Assembly: GCA_039818205.1 (NCBI GenBank)
Contig: JBCBUK010000002.1
Coordinates: forward strand, 352,001 to 416,000
DNA from: Verrucomicrobiota bacterium
Lineage (GTDB): Bacteria > Verrucomicrobiota > Verrucomicrobiia > Opitutales > Cerasicoccaceae
Reading direction: 5' to 3'
DNA: 64,000 nt
The notes under the pieces are model-generated. The model did no database searches. It saw only the letters and a program-made list of their open reading frames with translations, and was not told where the DNA came from. A program made the position numbers and the translations under genes. The stretch's first letter is position 1. Each line of letters opens with the position of its first letter. Shown here one piece after another: positions 52,507-62,367 of the stretch.

Positions 52507-53601
52507 TTAGACCGCTGTTTCAAATTCCGCAAGGTTCCAGGTCGCCGCGCCACACTCTTCAGCAAGCTCATTGAAGCCGCCGATCTCAGCTTCCGAGAAC
52601 AGGAGACCACCGTTCTTGGTGCTTCGCTCAGCTGCTTGTGCCTCGATCTGACCTGGGAGCAAGCAATGCTCGTTGCCGTGGCCGAGGATGTCGGCCAGGA
52701 CTGCCTTGACGTTTTCCGCTGAGCTTCGACCCAGTGCAAATTCGCCCGCCATGGCGTCCGGATGGATGACCTGGAAATAGAAGGCTGGAGTGTGTTTCTC
52801 CTCCGGTTGTTTTTCCCAGCGGGAGCGCAGCGTTGGCAAGCTGCCGCCAATAAATGCCGCAACGATTTCGTTGATCAAAGAAAGACCGTAGCCCTTGTGG
52901 GCACCAAAAGTGGTTAGTGCGGTAACGGCGTTGGGATCCGTGGTTGGGTTGCCATTGGCATCGACTCCCGCGCCTTCAGGCAGAGATTGGCCTTCACGGG
53001 CAAACTGCTGCACACGGCCCATGGCGACAACCGAGGTGGCCCAGTCGATCACGATCGGGAAGCCAACAGCGTCGGTGGTTGGGAAGCCCCAGGAATGAGG
53101 GTTGGTGCCAAGGGTTGGCGTCTTGCCCTTAAACGGAACAACTTCGGCCAGAGCGGCGGTGCAGTTGGTGTAGGCAATGTAGCCGCGGCGAGCCGCATCC
53201 ATCACGTAGCCGCCGCCCCAGAGATAGTGAAAGGCGTTGTCCACGGAGACCTGACCAATGCCGTACTTGTCGGCGAGTTCAATCGCGGTTTCGATCGCAT
53301 CGTAAGCCGTTGCTTGGCCGAGCTTGCGGTTGGCGTTCCAGATCTGCGAGGCCTCGAATCGAGTTTCCTTCTTTTCGATAACGGCGCCGGGCTTGCAGCC
53401 GTCGGCAGCGGATCCAAAGAGGTGGTCGAGGTGCAGCGCTTTCAAAGCGTTGTGTGTGCGGATGCCGTGCTTGGACGCGTAAGCGGCAAACTTGGCCGCA
53501 GCGTGGGCCTCGGACGCGTCAAAACCGCGATGCAGGTAGGCGGCTTCGACCAGTGCGTTATGCTTTTCTTCGGAGATAATGTAGAAGGTTTCTGTGCTCA
53601 T
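52507..53601 (-). CDS. Ldh_2 (YiaK/AllD-like) NAD(P)-dependent oxidoreductase
   Basis: GIRTH, LGTNP, IDWATS, GAHKGYGL, LPGQIE. Confidence 0.88.
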   Translation of the reverse strand: MSTETFYIISEEKHNALVEAAYLHRGFDASEAHAAAKFAAYASKHGIRTHNALKALHLDHLFGSAADGCKPGAVIEKKETRFEASQIWNANRKLGQATAYDAIETAIELADKYGIGQVSVDNAFHYLWGGGYVMDAARRGYIAYTNCTAALAEVVPFKGKTPTLGTNPHSWGFPTTDAVGFPIVIDWATSVVAMGRVQQFAREGQSLPEGAGVDANGNPTTDPNAVTALTTFGAHKGYGLSLINEIVAAFIGGSLPTLRSRWEKQPEEKHTPAFYFQVIHPDAMAGEFALGRSSAENVKAVLADILGHGNEHCLLPGQIEAQAAERSTKNGGLLFSEAEIGGFNELAEECGAATWNLAEFETAV

Positions 53602-53719
53602 GGAAATGGAGTTTAATTCGTGGGTGTAAGGGATTGTGTTTTTTGGCAACGAGTGGAATTTGGCAAGCGCTTGGGCCAGTCTGAGCTGGATCGGCGGATA
53701 GAGGTTGTTTTGGTCCGGT

Positions 53720-54262
53720 TCATCGTTTGCCGGTTTTGCTCGGCATGAGTTCCGAGTCTTTCACCAGATGATAGAGGTTGCCGCTCCCAATGCGGTAGGG
53801 CACTGGCAGGCGGGCGAAGGCGGTTACGGCTTCACCGTTTTGCAACGGTGCGGAGAATTTGCGCTTACTGATCTCTTCGCGGATGACCTCGGCGACGGAT
53901 TCGTGGTCGGCTTCATCGATTTGGCAATCAATCACGCGGCCGCGCTCATCAACGGTGACCAAGAGGATGGTTTCGCCGACATAGTTTTTCGTCCGCATGG
54001 TGTCGGGAAACTCAATTGGCCCGCGATCAACCAAGACGAACGGTGCATCCAACTCTGAGAGGGGGACTGCGTTCAAATATTTCTGCCGAACAGTTTCGTC
54101 GTCGATCACGGTGGCCTGCCGAACCGGCTCCACCGTCACCGCGTCTTGCTCACCCATGGGTTCGGCCTCCGATTCGGCGAAGGGAACCCAGCTGGGCGTT
54201 TCGCATCCGCTAATGAGCAGTGCGGTTCCGGTAAGGAGAAGACTGGGCAGCAAGTGTTTCAT
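53720..54262 (-). CDS. Lipoprotein with TonB C-terminal-like domain
   Basis: LLISGC; P.....VGE..L.VTVDERG.V; KFSAP..NGEAV. Confidence 0.7.
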   Translation of the reverse strand: MKHLLPSLLLTGTALLISGCETPSWVPFAESEAEPMGEQDAVTVEPVRQATVIDDETVRQKYLNAVPLSELDAPFVLVDRGPIEFPDTMRTKNYVGETILLVTVDERGRVIDCQIDEADHESVAEVIREEISKRKFSAPLQNGEAVTAFARLPVPYRIGSGNLYHLVKDSELMPSKTGKR

Positions 54263-54264
54263 GA

Positions 54265-55239
54265 CTATACCGATGGAATCGGTACGTCGTTGACTTGGGC
54301 AAGTGGTTTTTCGCCCTTGAGCATCAATAGTAGATTCTCTGTCGCCATGGTTGCTTGGCGGACAACGGACTCATAGGTGCGACTGCCGATATGCGGTGTG
54401 ACAATGCAATTTTTCGCCGAAAGCAGCGGGTGGTCCGCTGGCGGTGGCTCTTGGTCGAGCACGTCAGTGCCATAGCCGCCAACCTTACCGCTCTCGAGCG
54501 CTGCCGCGATGTCGGCGGTGTTGACGAGCTCACCCCGGGCGCAATTGAGAATGACGACGCCGTCTTTCATCTTGCTGATCGAGTCTGCGCTGATCAGGTC
54601 GCGAGTCTCTTCGGTCAAGTTGGAGTGGAGACTGATAATATCGGCTTGTTCAAAAATCTCATTTACGTCCGTGGCGCGCTGAATGCCTTGGGCGGCGGCA
54701 AAGTCCTCTGGCCAATAGACGTCGAACGCAATTACCTTCAGGCCAAAGGCTTTTGCACGGATCGAAACCTCGCGGCCAATGCGGCCGAGGCCGATGATGC
54801 CAATCGTCTTACCCATGATCTCATGGCCGGTCAGGCGCTTCCAGTTACCAGCAGCAGTGAAGTTGGCTTCCTCGACCAAATGGCGGAAGAGCGCGAGCAT
54901 CAACGCAAATGTGTGCTCAGCCACGGTGGTGTGATTCACGCCAGGGCAAAAGCTCAGCGGAATGCCCATTTCGGTGCAGGTCGCAACGTCAATCTTGTCA
55001 ACGCCGATGCCGTATTTGGCAATGAGCTTTAGGCGGGGCGCGGCTTTCTCCAGGACAGCCTTGGAGATGACATCGTCACCGCAAAGAAAGGCGTCAAAAT
55101 CGCCGGCGAGTTCAAGCATGCGCTCTTCGCTAAGGGGGCCGCGTTCGCGCACAATCTCGGCGCCGCTGGATTCAAGCAACTCATGATGAGGGCCTGGCGT
55201 ATCCTGATAGGAGGTGGTGGAAAGAAGGATTCGAGTCAT
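54265..55239 (-). CDS. D-isomer-specific 2-hydroxyacid dehydrogenase (SerA-like, no ACT domain)
   Basis: GIIGLGRIG, NCARG, DVL..EP, TPHIGS. Confidence 0.9.
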   Translation of the reverse strand: MTRILLSTTSYQDTPGPHHELLESSGAEIVRERGPLSEERMLELAGDFDAFLCGDDVISKAVLEKAAPRLKLIAKYGIGVDKIDVATCTEMGIPLSFCPGVNHTTVAEHTFALMLALFRHLVEEANFTAAGNWKRLTGHEIMGKTIGIIGLGRIGREVSIRAKAFGLKVIAFDVYWPEDFAAAQGIQRATDVNEIFEQADIISLHSNLTEETRDLISADSISKMKDGVVILNCARGELVNTADIAAALESGKVGGYGTDVLDQEPPPADHPLLSAKNCIVTPHIGSRTYESVVRQATMATENLLLMLKGEKPLAQVNDVPIPSV

Positions 55240-55267
55240 GGTTAATCGAGGTAAGGCGGAGAGGTAT

Positions 55268-55283
55268 CCAACACGTGTAGGGT
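55268..55283. promoter_or_regulatory. Putative LacI-family operator
   Basis: ccaacacgtgtagggt, CG-centred palindrome, identical to 57657-57672. Confidence 0.7.
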
Positions 55284-55437
55284 TGAGTCAACAAAAAAAG
55301 AATTCTTTGAGCAATCCAACCGCTGCTGCGGTATTATTGTCCTATGCGACATTTTGGGATTGAGTAGCAGTCTGGGGGGTGGTTCTTTGGAAATGTTTAT
55401 TAACATTGAGGGGTGACGAATACGTAGACGCGAAGGT

Positions 55438-55788
55438 ATGTCAGCAGTAAGGCTACTCATTAATTCGACGAAAGGTTTAGGGGTTGTTGTCCCGTTCATC
55501 GTCTTTGGTGGGTTCTACATTGCTTATAGTTTTTCAACGCGTTTGGAGGAAGATTCGTCATTGCAGATGGCAATTTTTCCAGTTTCGCTCTTGCTGATTT
55601 GTGGCTGCCTTTGGATCCTTGGCAAAACGTTGAATCGGGACGGTGCTAGCAGTGAAGGAGGGGTGCTTAGTGCCCGCCATACATTTCTTAGCGTAAATAT
55701 CGAACGTTTCGCGCTGATTATCGGTTTTGTGGGAGTTTTTTTATATCTAAGCCTGTGGGGAGCCCGATGGTATTTGGGAACAAGCTGA
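55438..55788 (+). CDS. Small membrane protein
   Basis: 3 TM helices; G..LNR...HTF..V.IE motif. Confidence 0.6.
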   Translation: MSAVRLLINSTKGLGVVVPFIVFGGFYIAYSFSTRLEEDSSLQMAIFPVSLLLICGCLWILGKTLNRDGASSEGGVLSARHTFLSVNIERFALIIGFVGVFLYLSLWGARWYLGTS

Positions 55789-55835
55789 GGTCGTAATTGC
55801 ATATTCTTGCTAATCAGGCGAGAAGCGACTAGGCG

Positions 55836-56531
55836 ATGCAGACCATGGCAAACCGATACATGAGGAAGATTGCGCCCGACAAACTTCCTGTAGAGGCGGT
55901 TGAAGAGCAGGCAAAGGCTTTATTTGATTCATTGAGCGAGATTCTCAAACTTAGGCTGCGCGATCGACATGGTTGGGTGGTTCATGAAAGCGAGAACGAA
56001 TACGCCATTGAGGCGGTTAATGGTAGTGTTACCTGCTGCTTAGAAATTGAGCCTGTCTTGGAGCTCGAGCCTGTCTTGGGGCTCGAGCCTGTTGTAGGCG
56101 GAGGCTTGGATCGGATGGTCTCCATTAATGTTTATATGACGTCCACGAGCAAGGAACGAGGCGTGGCCGATAAATATCGCTCGGGAGTGGCTGAGCGAAC
56201 CCAACACACTATTGCTGTTGTTTCTGGTTTGGGGTTGGGCGTATTAGGTATGGTATTTGAAGTATCCTTTCTGCGACGAACCTTCGAGTATGTACCTTCT
56301 CCTTTCTTGGTCGTGTTTGGCTGGCTCGGCTGTGGGTTCGTGGGCTACCTGATTGGCAGCAAAATCGGAAAATTTTTCGATAAGCAGAAGTTCGATATGA
56401 CCTTCGACGAAGAAGTGAATGTAGAAGTCTTCAAAAGCGATTGGGAGAGCTTTATCGATGCCGCCTCCCCAGTTGTTGATCAGTTTTCTGCGAGTTTTGA
56501 AAGCGTGCCCTCTAGTCCAGCAATCGATTAA
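55836..56531 (+). CDS. Hypothetical membrane protein
   Basis: 231 aa, two TM helices, internal LEPVL repeat. Confidence 0.55.
   Translation: MQTMANRYMRKIAPDKLPVEAVEEQAKALFDSLSEILKLRLRDRHGWVVHESENEYAIEAVNGSVTCCLEIEPVLELEPVLGLEPVVGGGLDRMVSINVYMTSTSKERGVADKYRSGVAERTQHTIAVVSGLGLGVLGMVFEVSFLRRTFEYVPSPFLVVFGWLGCGFVGYLIGSKIGKFFDKQKFDMTFDEEVNVEVFKSDWESFIDAASPVVDQFSASFESVPSSPAID
56049..56092 (+). repeat. In-frame 18-bp tandem repeat (about 2.4 copies)
   Basis: gagcctgtcttggagctc gagcctgtcttggggctc gagcctgt. Confidence 0.9.
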
Positions 56532-56562
56532 CGGCCCGGCTTTACTCTATGTTCAAATGCCC

Positions 56563-57612
56563 TCACTGCGCCCGCGTCGAATCGCGTTCGATGAGGCGGG
56601 GTTTGATCAAGGTCTGTTTGGGCTTCGGGGAGTCTTCGTCAGATTCCAGGAGCTGCTTCATGCGCTCGGCCACGCCAAGCATCAGGTGCTCCGCGCATTG
56701 ATCAATCGTTGTTAGCGCTGGTTGCAGGTGTTCGGTCACTTCGAGGTTATCGTAGCCAACAACCGATACATCGCGCGGAGTTTCGACACCGGCTTCCCGC
56801 AAGCGATTGATCGCGCCAATGGCGACCCGGTCGTTAACCGCGATAACGGCTGTGGGCAGCGATTTGTCGGACTCGAGCAAGCGCTCCGCGAGCGTTCGAC
56901 CGTAGTTGTAGTCGTGGAGCGGGTGGCCTTCGATGAAGAGCTGGACCGTGTGTTTCTCGATATCAATGCCCAGGCGCTTACAATTGCGCTGGAAGGCGGG
57001 CCAACGAAATGCACCAAAGGGATTCACGGGATCGATGCCCAACACCGCGTAGCGGCGGTGCCCCAAACCGTAGAGATGCTCAAGCACGAGCTTCATTGAA
57101 ATTGGCCGGTCAATCGACATCTGCTCGCCGTCGACTTTGGTTTCCGGGTCGACCCAGATGACTGGTCGTCCCTGGCTGAGACAGCCAGCGAGCACCTCGT
57201 CGGTCTCGGTCAATTGCGAGCCGATGAGCACCACACCTTCGACCTGCAGGGATAGAAAATTTCGCAGAGCGGCGCGCTCGCCGTCCTTGTTGCCGTTGGT
57301 CAACTCGATCAGAGCGTGGTAACCAAGCTCGCGGAGTGACTGCTGAAGTAGCGATACCTTGCGGGCCAGAATCGGCGTTTCCAATTCTTGAAAGCAAACG
57401 CCGATAATGCCTGTGCGGCCCCCGCGTAATCCGCGGGCGAGGGCATTGGGTTGGAAGCCGAGCTCATCCATCGCCTTGTGCACCCGTTCAACGGTCTCGG
57501 GCAGGATGCCTGGATGCCCGTTGAGCACACGCGAAACCGTCCACCTTGAGAGTCCGAGGTGTCGCGCGAGTTCCGCCGTTGTTGGCGAAGAGCTGGAGCG
57601 TTGCGATGCCAA
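56563..57612 (-). CDS. LacI-family transcriptional regulator
   Basis: ELARHLGLSRWTVSRVLN; F.PN.LARGL; SVVGYD; P.LTTI; LIERDS. Confidence 0.95.
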   Translation of the reverse strand: MASQRSSSSPTTAELARHLGLSRWTVSRVLNGHPGILPETVERVHKAMDELGFQPNALARGLRGGRTGIIGVCFQELETPILARKVSLLQQSLRELGYHALIELTNGNKDGERAALRNFLSLQVEGVVLIGSQLTETDEVLAGCLSQGRPVIWVDPETKVDGEQMSIDRPISMKLVLEHLYGLGHRRYAVLGIDPVNPFGAFRWPAFQRNCKRLGIDIEKHTVQLFIEGHPLHDYNYGRTLAERLLESDKSLPTAVIAVNDRVAIGAINRLREAGVETPRDVSVVGYDNLEVTEHLQPALTTIDQCAEHLMLGVAERMKQLLESDEDSPKPKQTLIKPRLIERDSTRAQ

Positions 57613-57656
57613 AAAGTGTCAGCGTTCGGGGATTGGTCAGCGTTTCAATCCCTTAG

Positions 57657-57672
57657 CCAACACGTGTAGGGT
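57657..57672. promoter_or_regulatory. Putative LacI-family auto-operator
   Basis: ccaacacgtgtagggt upstream of the LacI gene. Confidence 0.7.
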
Positions 57673-57741
57673 CTGGCGTCAATGAAAAAGGATAGACGGT
57701 GTGATTGGTCTCCGGCCAGGTTTGGGATTGGGTCGAAATCG

Positions 57742-57771
57742 AAAAGCTCCCGATTAGGTTTCGGGAGCTTT
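57742..57771 (-). terminator. Intrinsic terminator
   Basis: Plus strand aaaagctcccga-ttaggtt-tcgggagcttt, downstream of the PEP-CTERM gene. Confidence 0.8.
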
Positions 57772-57801
57772 GTGAATCCTATGAGTCTGTGGACCGGTGT
57801 G

Positions 57802-58533
57802 TTATTTTGCGAACTGCTGGCGCAATCCACATAAGCCGATCGCGATAAGTCCAAAGAAAAGAGCATAGGTTCCGGGTTCCGGCACGGGCACCAGTTGGAA
57901 ACCATTCATGGCGATAAAACCTGTATTGACGCCGTTGCTCGCCCAGGTCACGTCGATGTTCCCGCTTCCGTCAGCGACAATATTCGAGAACAGAACGTAG
58001 TTGGAGCCTTCAGAAAGGGGGCCAAGAGGGGAGTCGCCTAAAGATGTTTGCGATTCCGATCCGATGGTGAATGTGCCACCTTGGCCAGGAGCATCGCCCT
58101 GGGAGACAATGGCTAGGTCGTATTGTCCGCCTGCTACCAATCCGGAAAGGTTAAGTATTAGCGGCTGCACCGGATTAATACCAAAACTGTCGTTTGGCAG
58201 GAGGAAATTGTCCAATAGATCTGTGGTGGTGTCGCTCATGCTAAAGGAGAAAAGCAGCATGCCGTTAGGATTCGAGAACGTGTAGCCAACGCTTGTCGTG
58301 TTCCCCCCGGAATCGAGCAAGTTGACTCCGTCGGCGAAGTTCAATTGATCGTTCCATGTTGTGCCAGTATAGGCAAGTGGAGCAACTCCGGCGCTGGAGG
58401 CCGTTCCGTCTAATACTACCGAGGGATTGGCTCCGTTGGCGCTGACAAAGTTGACATTGATAATGGCATGGGTTGACGCGGCGAGCAGCGTCGTGAGGCA
58501 AATTAATTGCACTGACTTAATGGTAGATTTCAT
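57802..58533 (-). CDS. PEP-CTERM protein
   Basis: Signal peptide; NGFQLVPVPEPGTYALFFGLIAIGLCGLRQQFAK. Confidence 0.92.
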   Translation of the reverse strand: MKSTIKSVQLICLTTLLAASTHAIINVNFVSANGANPSVVLDGTASSAGVAPLAYTGTTWNDQLNFADGVNLLDSGGNTTSVGYTFSNPNGMLLFSFSMSDTTTDLLDNFLLPNDSFGINPVQPLILNLSGLVAGGQYDLAIVSQGDAPGQGGTFTIGSESQTSLGDSPLGPLSEGSNYVLFSNIVADGSGNIDVTWASNGVNTGFIAMNGFQLVPVPEPGTYALFFGLIAIGLCGLRQQFAK

Positions 58534-58707
58534 ATTCAGGTGTTTTTAGTCCAGGGGTGTTTCCCACGCACGTGCGAGGGTTCCTGATCATATCACCTTT
58601 AAAGCTAAGATTAAATAGTATTATCAAATATAAATGACAATAGTATGCTAACTAACTGAAACCATCAAAATTACAAGGCTACCAGACGTTGCTGCCTCGT
58701 AGGCCGC

Positions 58708-59775
58708 TTAGTGCGCGGCGGGTTGGTCGAGGTATTGTTTGAAGGCTTCTTTATCGGCGGCCTTCATGTAGGCTTCGTTGCCGGTAATAATTCCGGCGTC
58801 GAGCTGCTTCTTGATCGAGAAATCCATCATGCACATACCTTGGGCGATGCTACTCTCGATGATTCCGCGGATGGCACTGGTTTTGCCCGAGCGAATGGTG
58901 TTCGGTAGCGCGTCGTGCTTGAGGAGGATTTCGTGGACCGCGACCCGGCCCTTGGGCACACGTTTGCAAAGCAGTTGAGAGACCACGCAGGTTAGGCAAC
59001 CGGAAAGCATGATGCGGATTTGGCCCTGTTCCTCGGCCGGAAAGGCGTCAATGATCCGGTCAACGGTTTTCGGGGCATTGTTGGTGTGCAAGGTTCCGAA
59101 AACGAGCATGCCCATCGAGGCACAGCCCAGGGCAAGTTTGATGGTTTCCAGTTCCCGCATTTCGCCGACCAGAATAATGTCGGGGTCGGCTCGCATCGCT
59201 CCCCGGAGCGCATTGGCAAATGAGTCACTGTGCTCGCCGACTTCCCGGTGAACGATGACGCTTTTCTTGTTGGGGTGCACGAACTCGATCGGGTCTTCGA
59301 TCGTGATAATATGCTTCTGGAAATTGTCGTTAATGTAGTCGATCATCGCGGCAAGTGTGGTTGACTTGCCGCTGCCGGTTGGCCCCGTGACGAAGACCAA
59401 ACCTTCTTTGTAGGCGCAGACTTCCCGTAGTATTTCGGGGAGTTTCAAGGTGTCAAACGACAGGATCTCAGCGGGGATCTGACGAAATACAGCGGCTTGA
59501 CCCCAGTGATTGTAGAAGTAGCTCCCACGAAAGCGGGCCAGCCCCGGGATCTCGTATGCCAGGTCGAGGTCACGCGTTTCCAGGAAGTGATTCCACTTCT
59601 GCTCGCTCGTGATCTGACTGAGCAACGTCGACATCTGTTTGGCGGATATAACCTGATCGGTCAGTGGCATAACCGAGCCTGAGGCGCGGATCTTGGGAAC
59701 CGAGCCCACCGATAGGTGAAGGTCGGAGCCATCGTTATTTAACATGCCGGAGAGTAGTGCGTCGATTTCTGCCAT
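58708..59775 (-). CDS. pilT: PilT/PilU-family ATPase
   Basis: SDLHL, GPTGSGKSTT, TIEDPIE, RADPD..LVGEMRE, GTLHT. Confidence 0.9.
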   Translation of the reverse strand: MAEIDALLSGMLNNDGSDLHLSVGSVPKIRASGSVMPLTDQVISAKQMSTLLSQITSEQKWNHFLETRDLDLAYEIPGLARFRGSYFYNHWGQAAVFRQIPAEILSFDTLKLPEILREVCAYKEGLVFVTGPTGSGKSTTLAAMIDYINDNFQKHIITIEDPIEFVHPNKKSVIVHREVGEHSDSFANALRGAMRADPDIILVGEMRELETIKLALGCASMGMLVFGTLHTNNAPKTVDRIIDAFPAEEQGQIRIMLSGCLTCVVSQLLCKRVPKGRVAVHEILLKHDALPNTIRSGKTSAIRGIIESSIAQGMCMMDFSIKKQLDAGIITGNEAYMKAADKEAFKQYLDQPAAH

Positions 59776-59829
59776 GGCCTGAGTCTAAAAAATGAAGATA
59801 TCGGTTCGAATAAGTGCTTAGTGGCGTTC

Positions 59830-60195
59830 TTAGCCAGCGGATTCCTGAGTGAAGCGGATGGAGTTGCTATCGTTGTCTTTAATATACATCTCGCGATTGC
59901 CCCAGGTCTGGTCGGTGGGTTCCAAGTGGATCTTGATCTGACGCTCGGAGAACTCGCGAAAAAGCTCGTCGACGTTGTCGACCGAAAGGTAGACCGCTGA
60001 TCCAAAGACGCCGTCGCCGGAGAACGAGGAGATGTGGAGCCATTGACCATCGCGTCGCAACCCCATGTAAGTTGGGTCTGGGTCGGGGCCAGGGGTGTAG
60101 GCCCACTCACGCGTGAACCCGAGGCCATCGCAATAAAACGCCGTCGCTTCAGTGATTTTTGATACGCGGATGACGGGTATGGTCGCGTGAATCAT
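59830..60195 (-). CDS. VOC/glyoxalase family protein
   Basis: AFYCDGLGF, DQTWGNREMYIKD.D.N. Confidence 0.85.
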   Translation of the reverse strand: MIHATIPVIRVSKITEATAFYCDGLGFTREWAYTPGPDPDPTYMGLRRDGQWLHISSFSGDGVFGSAVYLSVDNVDELFREFSERQIKIHLEPTDQTWGNREMYIKDNDSNSIRFTQESAG

Positions 60196-62060
60196 CGTCC
60201 GAACAATCCTTTCTTTTTGGCAGGTTCGTTCATCATGGGCGTTGCTGCTGTTGCTGCACCACCACCGCGGACTTGATTCTTCAGCGGGTCGCTGCGCAGG
60301 TTCGCAATCGCCACCTCAGCCGTAATCCTGCCGGCCTGCCAAAGATTCATGATGGAATTATCCATCAATACCATTCCATCGCGCCGACCGGTTTCGATAA
60401 TGTTACTCAACCCGTCGGATTTGCCTTCGCGAATCAGGGCAGAGACCGCCGTGTTCTTCAAGAGTAGTTCATAACCCATGGCGATTCCGCCATCACTAGC
60501 GGGCAACAAGCGTTGACAGAGAATGCCCCGCAAACTTTCTGCCACCATAGCCCGAATCTGAGGTTGTTGGGCGGGTGGAAAAACGTCGAGCAGGCGATTC
60601 AGGGTCGTTGCCGCATCACTGGTGTGCATGGTTCCGATCACGAGGTGCCCCGTCTCGGAGGCACTGATCGCCATCTCAATGGTTTCCAGGTCGCGCATTT
60701 CACCAATGACGATGATGTCTGGGTCTTGCCGCAGTGCACCTTTCAGGGCACTCTTAAACGATTTTGTGTGCGGCCCGACACCCCGTTGGGTGATCTGGCA
60801 TTGGACCGACTGCTGAATGACTTCGATCGGCTCCTCAACGGTGATCACGTGGTCCTGCCGCGATTGGTTGAGAATATTGACCAGGGCGGATAGGGTGGTG
60901 GTTTTTCCGGCACCTACGGGTCCCGTTACGAGAATCAAGCCATTGTGGTAGGCGGTCAGCTGAGTAATGGTTTCGGCACCCTGGGGGTCGAAACCCAAAT
61001 CCGCGAGCGTGGGGATCTGGGCTGGTACGATCCGATAGGTCCCCGCAAAACCGTCTTTGTGGATCATGAAGTTGACCCGGAATCGTTGGCCGGAGTCGAA
61101 GGGCATTGCGAAATCGTAGTCACGCTCGGCCAGGAAATATTCCTGTTGCTCCTCGCTGAGGACCGCAAGGTTCATCGCCTTTGACAATTCGCGGGTAACG
61201 ACCGTTTGCGAAACGTATTCCACCGCACGGTTGCGGCGGATGAACAAGCGGCTGTCGGCCGAGATATGTACATCACTCGCACCATATTGAGCAGATTGGA
61301 CCAGTAAGCCCAGGACAGCTTGCCGCACCTGTGCGCGGTTGTTGGGGTCAAGCTGAGCGGGATCAGGCCACATTGGCTGGATGCCTTGGGTTTTGATGAT
61401 GTTCTCTTTTGGTTTCGGACGCTCAGACGGCTCCGCCGGTTGGGCGGGCATGGCTCCCTGCATCTGCTTTAGTTGCTCGGCATGTTCAGCCATACTGGCC
61501 ATGGCCTGTTGCGCCTCGGCCATGTTGAAATTTTCAGCCGGCTTCACCTTGTCCATGTCAACGCCCTTGACGGCGTTTTTAGGCGCTTTGGTGCCGGAGG
61601 CTTGCCAAATCGCACTCACGGCCGCTGCCAGGTCATCCGAAGCTGCTTGGCCTTCCGGGTTGGCTTGGGGTTCTTTCGGCGCTGGTGCGGGCGTTTCTTT
61701 GCGCAGACTGATTTTCGGACGTTGGGCCTGTTCAGTTTGAGCATCGGCTTCGGCTTCTTCTTCCAGCGCTTCAAGCTGTTTCAATGCGATACTAGGACGT
61801 GAGGCGCCGGGCTTCTTCTTGATCTCCGCAAACGGGTCAAATGGTGGCTCGTCGCCGTTCTCATCCATTTCGACAGCTTGATCGAGCAATTCCTGCATGT
61901 CGTCGAAGTTATCGTAGATGTCTTTGTCCAGGATCGCCTGGGCGAACTCCAGAAGTTCGACATCATCCGACAGTTCTTTTTTTAGTCGTTGGCAGTTCTT
62001 AACGTTGAGCACGCCATTGCCAATACACAGGCAGGCAAACAGTTTGATGTCCTTAGTCAT
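60192..62060 (-). CDS. PilT/PilU-family ATPase with about 240-aa N-terminal extension
   Basis: ASDVHI, GPVGAGKTTT, RQDPD..IGEMRD, TGHLVIGTMHT. Confidence 0.9.
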   Translation of the reverse strand: MTKDIKLFACLCIGNGVLNVKNCQRLKKELSDDVELLEFAQAILDKDIYDNFDDMQELLDQAVEMDENGDEPPFDPFAEIKKKPGASRPSIALKQLEALEEEAEADAQTEQAQRPKISLRKETPAPAPKEPQANPEGQAASDDLAAAVSAIWQASGTKAPKNAVKGVDMDKVKPAENFNMAEAQQAMASMAEHAEQLKQMQGAMPAQPAEPSERPKPKENIIKTQGIQPMWPDPAQLDPNNRAQVRQAVLGLLVQSAQYGASDVHISADSRLFIRRNRAVEYVSQTVVTRELSKAMNLAVLSEEQQEYFLAERDYDFAMPFDSGQRFRVNFMIHKDGFAGTYRIVPAQIPTLADLGFDPQGAETITQLTAYHNGLILVTGPVGAGKTTTLSALVNILNQSRQDHVITVEEPIEVIQQSVQCQITQRGVGPHTKSFKSALKGALRQDPDIIVIGEMRDLETIEMAISASETGHLVIGTMHTSDAATTLNRLLDVFPPAQQPQIRAMVAESLRGILCQRLLPASDGGIAMGYELLLKNTAVSALIREGKSDGLSNIIETGRRDGMVLMDNSIMNLWQAGRITAEVAIANLRSDPLKNQVRGGGAATAATPMMNEPAKKKGLFGR

Positions 62061-62367
62061 TTTTGTGGCAGAAACGAATTCGGAAAGGATTCAACGGAAC
62101 ACGCAGGTGTTTACCCTATTGGAATAGGCCTCCGTGGCCTCGTTGGCAAATGAAAAGACAGCTTTATCGATTGTTGTGTTTGCTAACAAGGTATGACGAA
62201 CATGCGGTCCAAGTGGCCGATGGGATAAGGACGCCGACACCTGTGATGGCGGTAGATTTTTGCCCGTATCGTCCTTGCAAAATGAAATTAACATTTGCCT
62301 CAATGTTCCGATTCCTCAGTTTAGTTTTGAACAAGTCTGACCGACAGCAGTCGCATTGTTTGCCTCG

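Noticed and set aside
54265..55239. Calling this gene serA
   Set aside because: No ACT domain and it heads a sugar-acid operon; the substrate cannot be assigned
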